Part shown: one piece after another, positions 28,905-46,179 of the stretch | Layout: every line of letters starts with the position of its first letter | How positions within the stretch are numbered: position 1 is the stretch's first letter | From: Octopus vulgaris | Taxonomy: Eukaryota | Direction: 5' to 3' | Assembly (NCBI GenBank): GCA_951406725.2 | Contig: OX597826.1 | Span: forward strand, 68,696,001-68,760,000 | DNA: 64,000 bases | Made by a program: the position numbers and the translations under genes | The notes under the pieces: generated by a model | The model's database searches: none | Seen by the model: the letters and a program-made list of their open reading frames with translations, nothing else | Told to the model about the DNA's origin: nothing

Positions 28905-29320
28905 AGGCGCAGGAGTGGCTGTGTGGTAAATAGCTTGCTTACCAACCACATGGTTCTGCGTTCAGTCCCACTGCGTGGCACCTTGGGCAGGTGTCTTCTA
29001 CTTTAACCTTCGGCCGACCAAAGCCTTGTGAGTGGATTTGGTAAACGTAGACTGAAATAAACCAGTCGAATATATGTATATATATATATATATATATGTA
29101 TGTGTATGTATATGTTTGTGTGTCTGTGTTTGTCCCCCCTAACTTCGCTTGACAACCGATGCTGGTGTGTTTACGTCCCCGTCACTTAGCGGTTCGGCAA
29201 AAGAGACCGATAGAATAAGTACTAGGCTTACAAAGAATAAGTCCTGGGGTTGATTTGCTCGAGTAAAAGGCGGTGCTCCAGCATGGCCGCAGTCAAATGA
29301 CTGAAACAAGTAAAAGAGTA
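28905..29320 (+). mobile_element. SINE family B, full length (tRNA-derived, CORE-like segment, internal microsatellite)
   Basis: A-box TGGCTGTGTGG, B-box GTTCAGTCCC, CCTTGGGCAGGTG, internal (TA)n, tail GAAACAAGTAAAAGAGTA. Confidence 0.9.
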
Positions 29321-29620
29321 TTCTGTCTCAAAATCCCTGAATAGACGTTTTTCTAGTTTCACTGAATTCTTCTAAATAGAAAAAATTATCAAACTTTTGA
29401 GCCTCTTCAAACATATAGAATATAGTTGATTTTTTATTATTATTAACTCGCCACTTGACCTCTGCTAAAGAGTGAAAGCCATGGGCTAATATCAGTTCAT
29501 TCTATAGGTTTTGTTGACTCACCCTCAGATTATTAAAATCATTGCACACAAGATACTACAACGAATAGACGAGCGTGAACCATGAATTTATACAATTACA
29601 TCAACTCGTTTTTTACCGTT

Positions 29621-29657
<37 letters not shown>

Positions 29658-29659
<2 letters not shown>

Positions 29660-29840
29660 CGGGAAGCTTTATGAAAATAAACAAAAGACGAAGGCAGGTG
29701 GAATACAAACGAACAATTGTATTAGTATGGCGTTCAGGAATATAAATAAAACAAGTCTTTTACGTTTCGAGCCTACGCTCTTCAACAGAAAGATACACAG
29801 AAAAGAAAAACGGAAAGAAACAAAGAGAGAAAAGAAATGC
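29658..29840 (-). mobile_element. (TA)n-anchored element with minimal hammerhead-like motif
   Basis: Minus strand UCUUU-CUGUUGAA-GAGC-GUAG-GCUC-GAAA-CGUA-AAAGA at 29756-29793. Confidence 0.7.
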
Positions 29841-30422
29841 GTATCAACATGTTCGTTTGCTGAAAGGTGCAGCGAAATACTGATCACAATGGCGATCTCT
29901 CCAAACAAAACGTATATTCATACACTAGCAACGCGTGTTTTTTTCTTTTTCTCTCCTTTTATATTTTTTTTTTTTGCAAATCCTTTTGATGTAAAATAGA
30001 AGACAATTAAAAAGGTGTTAAGTTGTTAAGTCGTTGAAGACACTTAAGAAAGACGTAGATAGATGTCAGGAAGAAGAGATAAAAGGCAAAAACCACAAAA
30101 AGTACCTTTTCAGATAAATAAACAGACCGATAGATACATCGATAGATAGATAGATAGACAAACAGACAGACAGGTAGATAAATAGGTATATAGATAGATA
30201 AATAGATACATAGACAGCTATGTAAGTAGGTATGTATGTGTGTAGGTAGGTAGATAGGTATGCATGTAGGTAGATAGTTAAGTAGGTCGGTAGGTAGGTA
30301 GGTAGGAGGTTAATAGGAAGATAATAGATAGATATGTATGCATGTAGGTAGGTAGATAAGTTGGTATGTAGGTATGTATGTATGTAAGTAGGTAGGTAGA
30401 AAGGTATAAAGATAGATAGATT

Positions 30423-30487
<65 letters not shown>

Positions 30488-31512
30488 TTATAATGTGTAT
30501 ATTTTTGTTCACAACGAAAATCCCAAACACACACGCACATAGACGCCTATTTTGAGTGAGGCTGTATCATGTTTCCAGATCAGTGTTTGTTCTCTTCCTG
30601 TATTAAGACAAACTTCAGTCAGACTTTATCCATTGGAGGAAATATCGCCCAATAACTTTATTTAGCTTCACCAGCATAGTAATATTACCTGCATGGCATA
30701 AACAACTGCAATGTCCGCCACGTTAACTGTATATACATCAAACAATTTATCTTCCGGCGACCGCACAATACATTTGAATATTTCCTTGCTTTGTTTTCAT
30801 TTATTTTATTACCCTGAAACAATATACTTCTATCTCTCAGGAAGTAGGTGACAGCGCTGCATAGCAAAGAAGATTTTTGTCTGACAAATTAATGCTACCT
30901 GAATGAGAGACCATTCAAAGTCACCGTTCCATGTAAAAGCATTGGACCTCCGATCAATTAACATATCATTTCTTTGTAGCCCAAGGATGCGCCCTTTATG
31001 GCGTTATAAGATCTGCTTGAAATTCTAGATGAATCACTCTTAAAGGATTCCTTTCTATAGGGAAAACAGTGTGCTATAGAGAGTATTCGGGCTAAGTTTC
31101 GAGATCTTTTAATGTGTCGTTTTGTTAAGTATAGCTTGTTCCATTGACAAACGGTCAACGGCGTGGGAGAGCATAAAGATTAAAGTTGTAGTTGAGAAAA
31201 TGTTAGTTGACATACAGGACAGGAATCATAAGTAATAGACAGGAATCATAGAGGACAGGAATCATAAGTATGCCGACATCATTACTGCAGCTGACTTTTA
31301 AAAGCTGTAGGACGTGACATGGACAACTGCAACGTAGAGCGGGGTCTACGATACAGTGGTCAACAAGAAGGGACGCAGTATATGCTCAGCATCATTGATC
31401 AGTCTTCAGAAGCAGGAAAATATCTGTTGTTGTCTGCTTCACCGGCCCCAATTTCAGTGTTGTACTATAGTGTAATGTGCAAAAATATAACAGGGAACAA
31501 GAGCAGTAAATC

Positions 31513-31989
31513 TGTTTTAACACCAAGCATTATTGGGAAATGTCCCAAAATGCTATTACGCCTACCTCCGGCAATCTCCGGTTATCTCGGCCAATCTCCG
31601 CCATTCTCACTCTATCTCCGCCAATCTCAGCCAATCTAACTCTATCTCCACAAATCTCATTCTCTCCCAGGTGTCTCAACACCCAGCATTATTGAGAAAT
31701 CTCCCAAAATGCTATTCCGCCGATCCCCGCCTATCTCCGCGTATAGCTGCATATCTCCGCGTAGCTCCACTAATCTCCGCATATCTCCGCCTATCTCCGG
31801 TAATCTCCGTCAATCTCCGCCAATCTCCGCCTTTCTCGGCCTATCTTACTCTATCTCCGCCTATCTTACTCTGTCTCCGCCTATCTCACTCTATCTCCAC
31901 GTATCTCACTCTATTTCCGCCAATCTCACTTTATCTCACTCTATCTCACTCTCTCCCAGATGTTTTACCACCCAGATTTATTGGGAAAT
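31513..31989. repeat. 10-bp minisatellite (CTATCTCCGC/CTATCTCACT) with a higher-order spacer repeat
   Basis: Arrays of the 10-mer are bounded by three copies of TGTTTTAACACC(A/C)AGCATTATTGGGAAAT at about 31513, 31671 and 31961. Confidence 0.85.
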
Positions 31990-32619
31990 CCTTATAAGGT
32001 GGCATGGATGTAAACAGCAATTTATGTCCCCCACACAACGCAAAGTACTTGATCAAATTCAGTTTTAAACGGCAGTGTAATATATATCAGATTTACATGA
32101 CCCACCTCCCAAAACAAGTATACTCCAATGACTCTACGTTATCTGCATAATCGTGATCAGTAGGGAAATGCATTGGGTAGGTGGGGCAGTAAAAAATAGG
32201 AATCCGGCAGTGAATGACTTGGATTTGGAACTGGAGATCGGATGAAATCATAGACTGATGACACAAAGTGTCAACATAACGCTTTAAAACATATATGTTT
32301 GATAACAAGATAGTTGAATTATGAACAGTTAATATTCATCAATACCGTGAAATTACATAAAAGGTGTCCAGAAATCTCTACCTACTTTAATGAGTCGTTA
32401 AAATTATTTTTAAAAATCAGTTATAGTGTAAAAGATTAATGACATTGTTTGAAGTTTAATGTATAAAGTTCAATATACATCAGTAACACTTCACAGCTCA
32501 AAGCATCTAACAACATTTCAAAACCCTTCCTGAATATTTATGGCGTAATTTTTATCAACAGCTTATTATAATATGTAAAACATTTCATAATATAATATAA
32601 TATACAGCTTACTGATTTA

Positions 32620-33716
32620 TCAGGGGAGTCAAAGATTATCCGCTCTTTCTCCAAAACTTCCTTTAGGTTGACTGCAAAGCTTTTAGCAGTGTTACTCGTA
32701 TAGTTACATAAACGAGGTTTGACTTAAACGCTCCACTGTTCTTACTTGTGTTACAGGATAAATATGGCTGCTCCGCTAGCAGTGTGCACCTAAGAAGAAC
32801 AGTGAATCGATTTCTCTAGTTTTAAGGACTGAAATTCATCGTCAGCTTTCAGTACTATACAGGAACAGCGCTCAACCACATAGATGTCTGTTGGAGTGAA
32901 TAAAGTACTTTCAGAATGGCTGGACGAGCAGGAAGCAGGAGACTGTGAGGTCTTTGCAATCAAGTGGGACATTCATCAACCTGGGGAAGCCTGCTGGTGA
33001 GCAACGATGAAGTGGCGTGTCTTCTGCGAATTCGTCATGGTTTTGCATACGAAATCATCTAATATTTGTGCGAGAATTTGTGCGAGATGTATGCCTAGAG
33101 ACATTACCGAAGCGTATAAGCGCAACCATGTGGAGATTTGTCAACGCTTACTCAACCACGACATCGATCAAGGCAAAGAGAATACTCAGAGCTGATGAGA
33201 CCTGGGTGCATCAGTTTCAGCCAATATCTAAAAGGCAGAGTATGGAGTGGGAAAATCCAGAATCGTCAAAGAAAAACAAATTCAAGACTCAAAGTTCCGT
33301 AGGGTAAATCATGCTATTTTAGGGTTGCACAAAAGGGCTTATACTGGAACATCACCGGGAAACGTGATGTCCAGTCACCTGTAAAGGCTGCAGTGAATGT
33401 TGAAACCATTGGGAAATTGAGTTACGAGTTGCTGGAACAGCCTTCACACAGTCCAGATCTCATCCCTTGCGACTATTACCTGTTTGGACCGCCCAAACAC
33501 TCTTTACAAGGTCATAGATTTGAAACAGACAAAGCAGCGGTGTATGATTGCTGCACGATTGTTGCACGATCAGCCGAAGACCTCCGATGGAATAAGTAAG
33601 CTTGTGGAGCGTTGGAAGAAGTGCACGGGAAAGCAAGGACGCCATGTTGAAAAACGATGTATTTGTCTTAATAAATTTCAGAAAAAAAAGTGGGTACAAT
33701 TTTTGACTTACCCTCG
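32620..33716 (+). mobile_element. mariner transposon, internally deleted and degraded
   Basis: Peptides ADETWVHQFQPISKRQSMEW and LEQPSHSPDLIPCDYYLFGP. Imperfect TIRs (TCAGGGGAGTCAAAGATTATCC / GGGTACAATTTTTGACTTACCCTCG) with TA on both sides. Confidence 0.9.
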
Positions 33717-35465
33717 TAATATCCACTGTAATCGTTGTATTATCGACTGCACATCGTCATATTGTCTACAGCATATTTCTATATTGCCAACGGTATATAC
33801 TTATATTACCAATGGAATATCGCTATGTTCACTACAACATATTGTTTCAATACACATAGTATTTACTTTTATTATTCACAGCATTTCATTACATTATCTA
33901 TGGCATTTTCTAATATTATCTACTGTATTTCGTTATATTAGTTATAGTATATTGTAAATGTTGCCATAAATTGCAGAGTTGTAATCCCTAGGATCTGTTA
34001 AAATGCAAAGGAATAGGACTAGTTTTCCTCACCCAGCTGGCTAGGAGTCTGTAACCTAGACAACCAAATCAAAGATTTAGAAACCGCGCATACAGATTAT
34101 TGAATAATTGAAGCATAATAACAAGATGCGCAGTCATGTTCAAATACGGGAGTGATAATTATTTCATCTTCAGTTAAATGAGGCTCAAGTAATTACCCTA
34201 ACTTTTCAAGAGAATTTGGTCCTATAAATTCTGCTAAGTAGAAACAATTTCATAAATTTCGAATTTTGTCAAACACACCACGGCAATAAGCGTTAAGCTT
34301 TTTGTCAAGCGTTAAATAAAATTAAAATATTTTAGTCGTGCGACTATTTACTTCCAATATGGCAACGAAAGCTGTTTATTTATATTTCATTAAAATCGTT
34401 AAATCATCATACACCAAAGAAATTTTCTTAGAGATATTTTTACCAAATGATTCACGTAAAACATGCAAACGAAAGCTTCTTTTACACAAATAGACTTAAG
34501 AATTTTCAAACCGGAACGCTGACCAAAGATTGATTTCCGGTGCGCTGCACAAACGGTATGCATGGATCCTCATTTGACAAATATATTCTCTCGCTGTATT
34601 CACGTGTTCTCTTCAAATTCGCGATCTTTGTCTTCGTTCAACGCCATCTGCAGACCGTTTCCTTCCTCGTTTCTATATATTCACGAGATCACATACCGTC
34701 TTATCTGTTTGACCCCTAATCACCTTGCAACGATATTTCTGATAACATTGCACTTGCTATCTAGGATTTCCCAAGTTATTAATGGTACATTCTAGATTTC
34801 GTAAAGAAAACATTCGTAAAACACATTTTCGTTAAAGGAGATACGTAATTTACACACAACCTATACATATATATATATATTTACACACACATATATGCAT
34901 ATATATTTATCTATACACGCACAGATTCATACACGTACAGTCGCATCAACACACACGCTCACACACACATATATGCACATAGCAATGAGTATTACTGGTA
35001 CTTTATGTTATCTTTGTCGGTTTATAGTGAAAGCAAGGTCTTCGTCATTGTTGTCTGTAGCTTGCCGCATTAAAATCTGAAAACACCGCTGCACATGCTA
35101 ATAGCCTTGTGGAGAGATCACTTGATTCAATGTCTCAGTATGTAAGCCTTGGAATCAGATATCGAGAGAGCCTTATTGTTCTTCGATAATGACATTTTTA
35201 AAAATTGAAATGGTAATAAAATTCTATGTTTTTGCGCTTTTCAAAGCTTCTGTTTATCTTTAGAGAAGCTGGTAATTGCTTTCGCTGTTGTTCAGCCTAA
35301 AGGGGGCTCTAAACCGCGAACACCTATAAGGTAACCGGAGAATGTAAATATACACGTTATCTTAGATCAGGAAAGTTGACTGAAGAGAATCCATTTTTTT
35401 ACATATACTTTACTGATTTTTATTTATATATAATGATAAATCTCAGAGCGGCAACACATCGTGAC

Positions 35466-35716
35466 GTATATTTGCCATTTGAATATGGCTAACCCCTAAG
35501 GGTGGATGCTGCTGTAGTTTGTAGCCCCAGGAAGACACCTCCTCCAGCTGGCTATAGACACACTTTCTGCGCCCTATCAGTATTTGTGAAGGGAAGTCAT
35601 CCTTCCCGTCTTCAACTTATGATACACACGGACTCGATGATAGGTCAATACCTTGAAACTCGAGTCCGTGTGTATCATAAGTTGAAGACGGGAAGGATGA
35701 CTTCCCTTCACAAATA
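35466..35716. mobile_element. fold-back PLE-pLTR-like element with a perfect 57-bp inverted repeat
   Basis: 35581-35637 is the exact reverse complement of 35660-35716. The 22-nt spacer carries hammerhead core sequence; the right end runs into (TA)n. Confidence 0.65.
35624..35674 (+). ncRNA. type I hammerhead motif with damaged 5' core at a fold-back junction
   Basis: ACACACG-GACUC-GAUGA-U-AGGU-CAAU-ACCU-U-GAAA-CUCGAG-UC-CGUGUGU. GAUGA, stem II, GAAA, palindromic stem III and GUC are present; C3U4 is altered. Confidence 0.6.
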
Positions 35717-35889
35717 TATATATATATTTATAAAAACCACAACCACTAGCACTAATTCCAAGACCACCACCACAAACCCCCACAACAACAACAATAATAA
35801 TGATTGTTATTATTATGAAAATATTATTATTACTATTATTATTATTATCACCATCATTATTATTATTATTGACATAAGTTAAGAGAAAA

Positions 35890-36757
35890 ATGGCGAATAC
35901 CAGTTATCCCTCCCGTGTCATGGGTTCAACGAAAAGACAAACTGTTTCTCAGAATACAAGTTGAAGATTGTGTTGACCCGACTTTTGATGTCCAAGGCTC
36001 CTTCTTGAATTTCCAGGGAAAAGAGGGACCATAAAAAAAGAATTTTGCTGTTAATTTCACAGTGTATAAAGTGGTTAATCCACATGACTTTAAAAACATA
36101 CTAGCATTATCGCCCGGCGTTGCTCAGGTTTGTTTCGACCCTTTAGAATTGGAATTTTTGAAAAGTAAAACGTTTTCATTATGTAGATTGTTATTCTCTT
36201 TAAGTGAACATTTTTCTGGATGAAATACACCGAAAAATGGCGACACAGCAGTCAAAAAATCGTAAAAAATAGGGGTTTTCATAGAAAAAAAAGCACCTTT
36301 TTTATGTAAATAGTTTTTAGTGTTAACATGGTCCGATTTGAATGTTATCTTCTACGGAATGAAGAGCAAGCCTTTTTCTACCATACTCTCAATCTTGGTC
36401 AACTTGCGCCGCAGGGTCTCGGAGGAGATAGTGTTAGCTGAAGGCTACCAAACCTGCCACACACAGACAATTTCAGCTTTATATATAGAGAGATTAAAAT
36501 ATTGGGTGATGAGAGTAACATTTTGTAATAAAGAAGATGGATGAAGATTGGTGGCCTCGATTGCTACAGCAAGAAGAAAGGAGTCATTACTTGAGAACAG
36601 ATTTTACCAGATGGAAGGATGAAGATGATTCTGACACAGATGAACCCGATGCTTTCAACCTTAAAGATAAGATGAATAAAATGGGAGGTGTCGAGGATGG
36701 TGAAGAAATTGAGAAAAATAGTGATGATGATGATTGTCTTCCTGTCTTCCTGAATAA
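35890..36757 (+). pseudogene. PTGES3: processed pseudogene of Hsp90 co-chaperone p23 / prostaglandin E synthase 3
   Basis: ATG at 35890, then WVQRKDKLFLRIQVEDCVDPTFDVQGSFLNFQGKEGP*KKNFAVNF..., and after the insertion FVIKKMDEDWWPRLLQQEERSHYLRTDFTRWKDEDDSD...MNKMGG...DDDD. WPRL and DFxxWKD are p23 signatures. Intronless, with a frameshift and an in-frame stop. Confidence 0.9.
36091..36494 (+). mobile_element. non-autonomous Helentron-type (HINE/DINE-like) insertion
   Basis: About 400 bp interrupting p23 homology at a TT site. 5' ACTAGC..CGCCCGGCGTTGC and 3' TTTATATATAGAGAGAT ends; no TIR pair. Confidence 0.6.
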
Positions 36758-36904
36758 AACCGGCACACTTGCTTGTAGCAGAGCTAACCAGGTTGGGTGG
36801 GGGGTATATTATAATTTTTTTTACAGCTACAGAAGTTTGGGCCCCAAATCCTCAAGACGTGTTGTAAACTATCTGCCTGTCAATGCTGCATCACTTCATC
36901 AAGA

Positions 36905-37382
<478 letters not shown>

Positions 37383-38224
37383 TTGTTTGCAAAAAGTGTC
37401 TGAATGAAAGCGTATAAGACAAATATCGGTAAGGCTTGTGAATGCAATGTAATTTTCTTCCTATTTTCTCGAAATTTCTCGGAGCGCACCATGACTTGTC
37501 GAACATGTAAAAGAGATAAGCAAATATTTAAAAAAAGAAAAGAATAGTTAAACATGTTTGGATTTTCGCAAGAGCAGCAAACCAGGACTGTTAATGGCAC
37601 GTAGATTTTTCGCAACGGAAGAGAGCGGGTGGACAGAGATTTATATATTTCACTCAGCCATTACGCTACACAGAATCGTATCAGGCAGAACAATTCTTAC
37701 CATTTAGGGGTTTGTAAAAATACAATATTCAGTGCAGCCTTTATAATTCCGCTATTAATTCTTGTAAATAAGGGGTCGGTTAAATCTGCCCCAAACTCGA
37801 CATAATAATTCTTGAAGAACCTTCGCTATAATAGAAGACACGAAGTTAACTTCTTGCATGAAATGCAATCATCTATAGTTTGTAAACACAACGAAACACT
37901 TTATCATATACATAGATTCATATATACATACATATATACATGTGTACATATATACATACACAGATATCCATATATATGTGTGTGTGAGTGTATGAGTGCG
38001 TGCGTGTATGTGTGTGTGTGATACATACATTTATACGTACATACATATGTATATAAATACACACACAAACGGGAGATAATATATGCATATATATGTATAT
38101 ATATATATAATATAGGATAAAATTTTTTCGAAAGAAAATTTTATCAATGGCCAACATATTAAAAAATACCTTTAAAGGTTAAATATATAAACAACTAATA
38201 AGTTGTTTATATATATATATATGT

Positions 38225-38461
38225 CAATGGCGTGTATGCCATACGGTCTGCAAATCTGACGGAGGCCTCAGAAGACATTTTCAGATCCCAAAATGATCAG
38301 AACTTAACTGCAACTCACGGTGCTCCATATAAGATATGCCAGTTACATGGTTGTATTTTTAAAACATTGTCTGTTTTAAAAAGCCACATCAGACGCCATG
38401 TTAGATCTAAGTTGTAAGTTAAAGAGGTGGTCACACTCTACATAAGGAGTAGACAACCACC
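38225..38461 (+). mobile_element. 3' end of an RTE-like LINE
   Basis: ORF end with degenerate C2H2 finger (CQLHGCIFKTLSVLKSHIRRH), short 3' UTR with hairpin, then a (TA)n/(TACA)n tail. Confidence 0.55.
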
Positions 38462-38963
38462 ATATATATATATATATATATACATATACATACATACATA
38501 CATACATACATACATACATACATACATACATACATACATACATACATACATACATACATACATACATTTACAGACACACATATATAAATATACATATGCA
38601 AAGATTTATAGACAGATACGTGCGTATGGTGTGTTTCTAAGTAATGCGTTTGTTTGTGCAGTGTGTCTGCGTCGTACGTAAACAGATCTTCACAATGTAT
38701 TTTAAAAATTCACTGAGAATGTTTTTCCTTAAAAAAAAAAAAAAAAAAGAATCTCTTTTTAAAAAGAAATACATACGTCAAAATGAAGCGATTATGAATA
38801 TATATTTACGATGAGGTTTTAAGTGGTTTTTAGAAAAAAAATACACACCGAACACTCCTGCGTTGTATTTATCATGAATGCGAGACTTATCTAACTGTCT
38901 GTCACTATCTATAGAGAGTTGCTAACATCTTCTATCCGTTCTCTTTTCTATCTATCTTCTAGG

Positions 38964-38998
<35 letters not shown>

Positions 38999-39109
38999 TT
39001 TATATGCGATCCTATGTGTTGGGAATGAGTTCGCTTATTTATGCAACATACATACATATATATGTGTGTGTGTATACACACATACACATACATATGTATT
39101 GTATGTATA

Positions 39110-39178
<69 letters not shown>

Positions 39179-39243
39179 ATATCTATATATCTATTTATCT
39201 ATCTATCTATTTATTTATCTATCTAGTTATTTATCTATCTATG

Positions 39244-39289
<46 letters not shown>

Positions 39290-39311
39290 GCTATCTATCT
39301 ATATATCTATC

Positions 39312-39392
<81 letters not shown>

Positions 39393-40275
39393 GAGATAGA
39401 TAGAAAGATCGATAGATGCATACATATATGCATACATACAAAGAAACATATACGCTTATATGTAAGTATATACACATGTGTGTGTGTATTTTTTTTTTAT
39501 TTTACTCTATTCTAAAAATCCAGATAACTACACACTGCTCACTCCCATGCGTAAATGTAAGTCGAAAACGAGTGTTTTTGCCCTATATGCAGTCGCACGT
39601 ACGTCAATTTTGCATTATTTTAGATGTAACTAACAATATTATAAATACACCAATTAACAGAACAGTAAACGTATGTAAAACATTTCAGAAAAAGTCGATA
39701 TACACAATGTTGACATAAAAAACATTTGTACCTATACATGCATGCATGCATGCACACTCACACACCTACAGACACACAGACACACACATATATACACAAA
39801 TATAGATCATAACACACACGATCCGTACAGGAAGCACTGAAGATTTACACAGACTTATATACGCGTACTTTATTATATATATAGAGGTGAATGTATGAGG
39901 TTGGGTATGAATATACTCATACTAGTACGTATATAGGTTGATGGGTACTTACATACAGAGCAGACATACCATATACATATATATGTGTGTGTATATTATG
40001 TATATTTGCATGTATGTAAGTATATATATAATAGAGAAGACGGAATGTACCAAAAAAAAATGTATTGTACCACAACCATTGTTTTATCTTCAAGATAATG
40101 CATATATGCACACGTATATAAATATATAAAAAATATATGTACTATTTACGCCATGCATGTATGTACACCTATGTATATATGTAGTAATAGACATATATAT
40201 GTACGTATATACAGACATATTTATACCTATATACAAAGGTTTTCATATAATACATACACAGATATATACATGTGA

Positions 40276-40315
<40 letters not shown>

Positions 40316-40844
40316 GCAGACGCATGTATGTGTGTGTGTGCGTGTATGTGTATGCATATATGTTGTATTTTTGATTCATATTACATACATTCATACAGAC
40401 AGACATAAATGTATCCTCTTTGTAAATAATAAAAACAGTAACACTTGTATTAACAACAAAAACAATTATGATGGTTATAACAACAGGAACGACAAACATA
40501 ATACTGAAAGTAATGGAGAAATCTTAAGAGGGAAAGCTGTCAAAGAGAAATATAAATACTCAAAATAATGAATAGATAATGCATTAAACTTATAGGAAGT
40601 GTAAATATGTAGAAAAATGCACTTGGTGTTTCTTTTAATTGACAGGTTATCGATCTTATTAAAGAGAGTAAAGAAAACTATTTGTGAATAGTGTATGTAG
40701 CTAGTCCAGTTTGTCTCCTTGTATCGTATGACATGATATTTTTGTGGTGCTCCTGGAAATGGGGAACTACTATTCTCAGTGTGTGTGTGCGCGCGTGTAT
40801 ATATATATATATATATATATATTTATAGATAGATAGATAGAGAG

Positions 40845-40895
<51 letters not shown>

Positions 40896-41063
40896 TGGAT
40901 GGATGGATGGATGGATAGATAACTTTCTTTATTGGCCACACAGGGCTGGACACAGAGGGGACAGTTACAAATGTAGATCTTTTCTTTTCGAAGATGGAAA
41001 AGGAAAACGAAGAAAAAAGGAATAGATAGACAGGCAGACAGACAATCAGACAGACAGACAGAC

Positions 41064-41226
<163 letters not shown>

Positions 41227-41599
41227 GGATGGATGGATGGATGGATGGATGGATGGATGGATGGATGGATGGATGGATGGATGGATAGACGGATGGAGGA
41301 ATGGACTGTTGAATGAATTGTTAGACGAATGGATCGATCGAGGGATAGATTGATCGATGGTTAGATAGATAATGGAGGCAAAATAAAAAATCACGTACTT
41401 TGTTAAATATTTTAGATATTTTAAATAACAAATAATTATTTTAACGCTTGTGGATGCACTAATGTCTATATATTTCAGTCTTGCTATTATAAGCTCCAGG
41501 AGTTATTCAAGGAATAGAAATAATGTGCATTTCAAATTGGATTTTTTGAAATTTGTTATGATTTATATTTCTCTCCATATTAGCGTTCGTTATAAGGCA

Positions 41600-43070
41600 A
41601 TTATTATTGGTCCAAACGTTCACGCGTGGCATATAACTTTGTAAAATACTATTCTTTGTTAATTGTTTTCTGATTTGTAGTTGAATATGGATCTTTTGTA
41701 ATTTTGAAAATTTCATTTTTAATTCAGTCATCAACGTCGTTATATATCTCCTAAACGGAATTTTTCTAATTTTCTCATTACCTATTTGCTGCCGATTTAT
41801 TGTCATTCATTAACGTACTGACGATATGTTTTCACGTGTATTTTCTTTAGTTTCACATGTCATCATCACACAAATGAAACCAGAATTGTTGCAAGTGAAA
41901 CTTTCCCTCGTTATAAAAGCCCGTCTATCTTTAAATTTCAGCTCCAGGCCTTCGGTCAAATATGCCTCACTTTATTCCGCTTTTTGTAATAGTGTCTCTG
42001 GAAAATTCTTTATGAAATTTTCCCTGGTCTATACATTTTTAATATCTTAAATTATCTATTGATGCTTGATAACTTTGGTTTCCCGAATATTTTCAGGCTT
42101 TTTTTATCTACATACACAATTTTTTTAAAATATGCTGAAATATTTCAGCAAATCCATGGTTAAATATAGATTCATGCGGGAAAAATTTTTCGTCTGATTT
42201 CCATTTGTCTCTCTTCAGATTTGTTGACATTTAGCGCTTGAGATTTTACTGGGAATTAATAGAAATGCTCTTTGAATAATTACGTTTTCCAATTCTCTCG
42301 GTCTTCAATCATGCGAAGGATACCATTGAGCAAAACCTTTTTGCAAAATTTGAACAAAATGCTCCTTTTTGTGTTTAGAAAAACAGGATTTGACAAAATG
42401 CTACTTTGAATCCATTGGTACTTGATACTTGTTTTTATCATCCCATCTGTTTTCATAATTCAATTGTTTAAAAACTTCACTTCCCTCTGGTTAAAATCCA
42501 TCGTGAATTTAATATTATGGTTTAATATGCTAATAAGAATTTCGAACTCCATAATTTAATCATGCCAACGAAATGAAACAATCAACGAGCATATCTTTTG
42601 CAATTGTTCTTTTCTCTTCTTTTCTTTTTTTTGTAATGCGAAAATAAGTTCCCAAATATTTGAAGAATTCGCCGTATTTTCTTCTTTTTTGGAATGTATC
42701 ACTAAGTTGCCCATATGGGGACAACTTTATTAATCATTGCAGTTCTTCATATTTGTTGTTGTGCTAAGTTGTCGGCTACGAAATAAATTTGGAATACAAT
42801 GAATCTTAGTCCTTTAAGGATGAGGTGTTTTTCAAGACATGTTAGTAATTCAAATTGGCATTCATCTCGTCAATATATAACTGCACAGGTTTTGAAGTAG
42901 TGAAGATTATTATGAAATAAAGCAGAAATATCAAAGGAGACAATCCTTGTAATTTGGCGCACTGTTTTCCTTAATAAAGTTGACAATTTCTAAATTGCTA
43001 TGTTATGCAGATATGGTAACAGTCACTGCATGCATTTTCAATTCTTCTTTTAGAATTTCATCTGCCTGGA
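41600..43070 (-). mobile_element. degraded Penelope-like element (RT + GIY-YIG)
   Basis: Broken minus-strand motifs TAMINKVVPIWA (cf. GTAMGxxxAPxYA), KRY...DCFI (cf. RYIDD), MTCETK, MTINRQQI and SYMPRVN (cf. PxLN). Confidence 0.7.
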
Positions 43071-43081
43071 AGATCTGAAAT

Positions 43082-45705
<2,624 letters not shown>

Positions 45706-46179
45706 GAAATAAATAACGCGTGTAAAGTAGTTTGAAGAGAGAAATACATCAATTATTAACTATCCATAAATACACTTCCCACGATTTAAATATGCAAGTC
45801 ATTTTTCAAGTTTAATCTCTTTAAAATTTCTATAGAATACAGAGCCAACGCTGGAAGCTACGTCGTTTTGTATTTGAATACTTCTATGCAAATAATTCGA
45901 TCCAAAATAGAAAAACTAGACAGTACATGTATATGCATATTTCAAGAGTTGTTGTACTTTCATCAGCACCATATACAACCCATCAGCTATCTACGCACTC
46001 ACTGCTTCAATATTCACTACGCTTAACTGTGTAATTCTATTGGGTTACACCAATTTACCTACTAAACACATTGCTGGTAACATGTACGCAAATATAAATT
46101 CCTAGCAATTGTTATTTTGCAACCACAATATACTCTCAAATATACTAAATGCTTACAAGTCAATATCGTATGTTATTTT

